NCBI GenBank assembly: GCA_964035545.1 | Contig: OZ037771.1 | Coordinates: forward strand, 5,117,190-5,181,189 | Length of the DNA stretch: 64,000 nt | Source of the DNA: Bugula neritina | Lineage: Eukaryota; Animalia; Bryozoa | Direction: 5' to 3' | Shown: positions 60,771-64,000 of the stretch, one piece after another | How the letters are laid out: every line of letters starts with the position of its first letter | Numbering within the stretch: the stretch's first letter is position 1 | Program-made: the position numbers and the translations under genes | Notes under the pieces: model-generated | Databases searched by the model: none | Seen by the model: the letters and a program-made list of their open reading frames with translations, nothing else | Told to the model about the DNA's origin: nothing

Positions 60771-61125
60771 ATATGTACAGTGGTGTTGTTACAGGGAATG
60801 TATTCAATGCAAGTAATTATACTAATGTTCTATGGTTGGTCATGAGAAAATTGGAGTCATGACTACAACAAGTTGATGCTCTGAGTTAATATAAGTATAT
60901 AATGCAACTCCTCACACACACTAAGTGCCCAATTACTAAATCATCTCAAGGTACTGCATGCCTACAGGACATCAACTTGTCTCATAAAGATAGCTGGAAA
61001 ATATTATTAATATGCTGACAGAATTATAAGATGGTCACCACAATATGTAACGAAATATCAACAAATAGGAAGACTTTAAAGGATAAAGCATGCCAGGATT
61101 AACCAGTAGAGAATGCTGGCATTTG

Positions 61126-61208
61126 ATTGGCTGAGACGCTCAGTTAGATGGTAGGGTATATAAAGAAAACTAGACGCAGCCGCACACATAAAGGGTACAG
61201 CTATAAAA
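61126..61208 (+). promoter_or_regulatory. Candidate core promoter of the nested mab-21-like gene
   Basis: Inverted CCAAT (ATTGG 61126-61130), TATATAAAG 61157-61165 and TATAAAA 61202-61208, upstream of ATG 61278. Confidence 0.45.
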
Positions 61209-61277
61209 GGAAAATCATAGGTATAGACAAATATGCTGTCTTTCAACAAAATATAATCACATTAGAATAATTTAGAG

Positions 61278-63858
61278 ATGTCAGAGGATAAGATGAGGAA
61301 CGTCACGACTTATTATCATGAACTAACGCCACCATCGAGCATGTCAGAGGGAGAGATGGGCGGTTTCAGCACATACCCAGTGTACGAGTACTCCACACCA
61401 ACAGGTCAACAGGTGGATACAGGTGATTGTTTCTACTTATGTACATGTTATAGGTAAGATAATATACTCTAATCAACCAAATTTAACTGTCAGAAGTTTG
61501 AATCAAGAAATCACACCTAATGACTACAGATTAGTGTTACTTACTGAATTAACAACTAAGTTGCATTTGTGTTCTGTGAGCATATAAGTGAGGAATAATA
61601 TTCAGTATTAGATGAAATCAAATGTTTGTAAAATCAATAATTTGATGAAGTCATTAAACAACGAAGACTGATGCTTAGAATCAGTAGTTTTACAGAAAAT
61701 TACTTTGCAATATTCAGTTTTCCACTTGGAAAAGGAGGATTAATCCAAAAGTAAAATTATCACAAAAATATTTTACTGGAAATCATTTTGACAAGCGATT
61801 ATTTTCTATTTTCTCAAAATGTAAAAAATTAATCTTTTAGCCATTATTGTGAAGGCTTTTCCAATTGAATATAATTTTATTCAGCTAACGAATTTGGTAA
61901 CTTTATTTTCATCACAAAACACACAACAAACTACCTTGGTTAAAAACTCCGGGTTTTAGATATTGCATCGTCGGAAAACTAGGAGGTGTAGGTACATCAT
62001 AAATACGGAGTAAATACAAAACAAATAACCTAAACGTTTTAAGTTGCTATATCTTCTACACTTTCTTCAATAGTAGAATTATTATGCACTGTATTTATGC
62101 TAGTAGAATTATTGTTCACACAGGACTAATGGCAGAGGCTAGACCTGTGTCTATATTCGACAGCCCCATGTCATCAAGGCACAGTAACGATGAGAGTGCG
62201 GCAGCAGCAGTAGACTACTGTCAGCAGACTGCACCAGATATGTATTCTGTGTATAACACGACAACCCTGTTTAGCACTACACAAGTGAGTTTATACTGGC
62301 TATAAGAATATAAGCATTTACCTATCTGCTGTATTATTCTGTGATATATGCATTATATTAATATTTAATATTAAAGTGATATATTCCCCTAAATATTACA
62401 TTATTATTCTATGATATATACATTATATTAATATGTAATATTCAAGTGATACATTCCCCTAAATATTACATTATTATTCTATGATATATACATTATATTA
62501 ATATGTAATATTAAAGTGATATATTCCCCTAAATATTACATTATTATTCTATGATATATACATTATATTAATATGTAATATTCAAGTGATACATTCCCCT
62601 ATATGTTATATTATTATTCTATGATTTATACATTATATTAATATGTAATATTCAAGTGTTATTGGCTGTAATATCGTAAGTTTTAAAAAAGATAAAGAGG
62701 GGACAGTTTGTAAACATAGCTCGGGAAATAGTCTGGGAAGTTTAAGACAAGAATGATTATAAGCAGTAAAGCTAGCAGTAGGCATGATCTGGCAAGTGAA
62801 TCTTGATTATTCATTCAAAGGTAGTGTTCATTGACATGAAGTCGGTGAGTCCATAAGCACTGTTCTACATGACAGTGTGTGCATGTTTGACCAGCAAGTA
62901 TTTAGTTATTTGGTAATTATTGAAAAGGAGCTTTTATTTAGTATCAAGAGACCGAATTCCTAGATAAAAGGGCAGGGTAATTGGGTTACATAAATTACAT
63001 GACATTAAGTAAATGTCATCATTACATGCTGATGGGATCTTGCTTAGCAAATGCAGCAAGTGTGGAAACAGCCAAGTTGTGGAGCAGGTGTGACAAGTAC
63101 AGCAAGTGTGACAAGTACAGCAAGTGTGACAAGTACAGCAAGTGTGACAAGTACAACAAGTGTGACAAGTACAGCAGGTGTGACAAGTACAGCAAGTGTG
63201 ACAGTACAGCAAGTGTGACAAGTGCATAAGTGTTGCAGTACAGTTGTACTACTAGTTGATAGGCTTGTCTAAGCAAACATTGTGACTTGATTCCTGCCCT
63301 ACAAACTGGTTGGCTCAACAATGCTAGTGCAGACCAATAAGAGACAGTGTATCATTGTTCAACCCTCCCATGCTTTAGTCAGAATTAGAATAAATGTTAT
63401 GCAATAAACTCCAAAGTTTGTTTGAATACTCAGCACTCTGGTACTACTCAACAATAAAAAACAGAGCGATGCCGTCTCCAGTATAATAAGATAAACAGGG
63501 TGTCATGGATTTTCAAGTTATTTGGACAAGGAGGGATAACTCCAACATTGGGTTTACAGATCATCCGAGTTATACTATCAGAAGTCCAGCCGATGTAAAT
63601 AGGGTGAAATAAACTAACTGTAGCTCAGCATGTAGTTGCCTCGTTATTTCTAAATGACTTAATGCAGTCTTAATCATAATATTGTCATATTTCAGCTGAA
63701 CAGATTTTGGCATGAGAAGGTGATTCCCAACAAACTGTCACTGCAACAATGTGCAGAAGAAGTGGCAGTAATAGTTCAAAATATTCTACGGCATGTGCAA
63801 ATAGAAGAGCCTAGATTTGCCTGCACACTAAACAAAACAGCAAGCGGCAAATATGATG
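61278..63858 (+). CDS. mab-21: Mab-21-like protein, 5' partial, nested antisense in the NBEA intron
   Basis: Exons 61278-61422, 62124-62284 and 63696-63858 (phases 1, 0, 1). Exon 2/3 reads Q|LNRFWHEKVIPNKLSLQQCAEEVAVIVQNILRHVQIEEPRFACTLNKTASGKYDG, aligning with the MAB21L N-terminus as I recall it: QLNKYYTERCQARKAAIAKTIREVCKVVSDVLKEVEVQEPRFISSL..RYEG. Exon 1 is less certain. Confidence 0.85.
62330..62658. repeat. 70-bp minisatellite, ~4.7 copies, in mab-21-like intron 2
   Basis: Period 70 (62401, 62471, 62541, 62611). Confidence 0.92.
63085..63225. repeat. 18-bp minisatellite (gtgtgacaagtacagcaa)
   Basis: Seen directly. Confidence 0.92.
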
Positions 63859-64000
63859 GTAAGTAAAACTTTTGCATACATCTTTAGTGGTGAAGTTTAC
63901 CAAACAAAATGCAGGTGACCAATGTTATAAACTGAGAATTTGGTGCTTAAAATTTAGCAGCTAATAATGGCATTCTCAGAGGCTATATTACACACAGCAT

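Noticed and set aside
62330-62658. Regular repeats that might suggest a CRISPR-like array (also 21838-22080)
   Set aside because: Head-to-tail units with no unique spacers, in a eukaryotic intron or retroelement context

Overview
AT-rich, intron-rich animal genomic DNA, probably from an invertebrate (inference). Four host genes could be assembled by hand from splice sites and reading-frame phase. (1) A ~47-exon, ~2,700-aa type I membrane protein on the minus strand (40734 to ~1218) with a mosaic ectodomain: signal peptide, LamG-like, fucolectin/F5-8C-like, FN3, C-type-lectin-like, TSP1, 8 CCP/sushi, an R3-PTP/SUSD1-like juxtamembrane domain, TM and a short tail. No phosphatase domain is visible in the window. 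(2) A 3-exon GPI-anchored Ly6/uPAR (quiver-like) gene on the plus strand (42341-47178), head-to-head with gene 1. (3) The 3' part (PH-BEACH-WD40) of neurobeachin/LRBA on the minus strand (58639-48374). (4) A divergent, spliced mab-21-like gene nested antisense in the NBEA intron (61278 to beyond the window end); its diagnostic exon is absent from the ORF track. Intron 15 of the receptor holds a 7.2-kb Ty3/Gypsy element with apparently identical 409-bp LTRs, a GTAT TSD and a tRNA-Leu PBS, but its pol is dead (RT N-terminal deletion, one nonsense codon, two frameshifts). Also present are a hAT non-autonomous element with a nested foldback MITE, Harbinger-like, Kolobok-like and pogo-like elements, tRNA-Thr-derived SINEs and many mini/microsatellites, two of which are built from splice-site sequence. 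All homology calls are by motif recognition, not database search.
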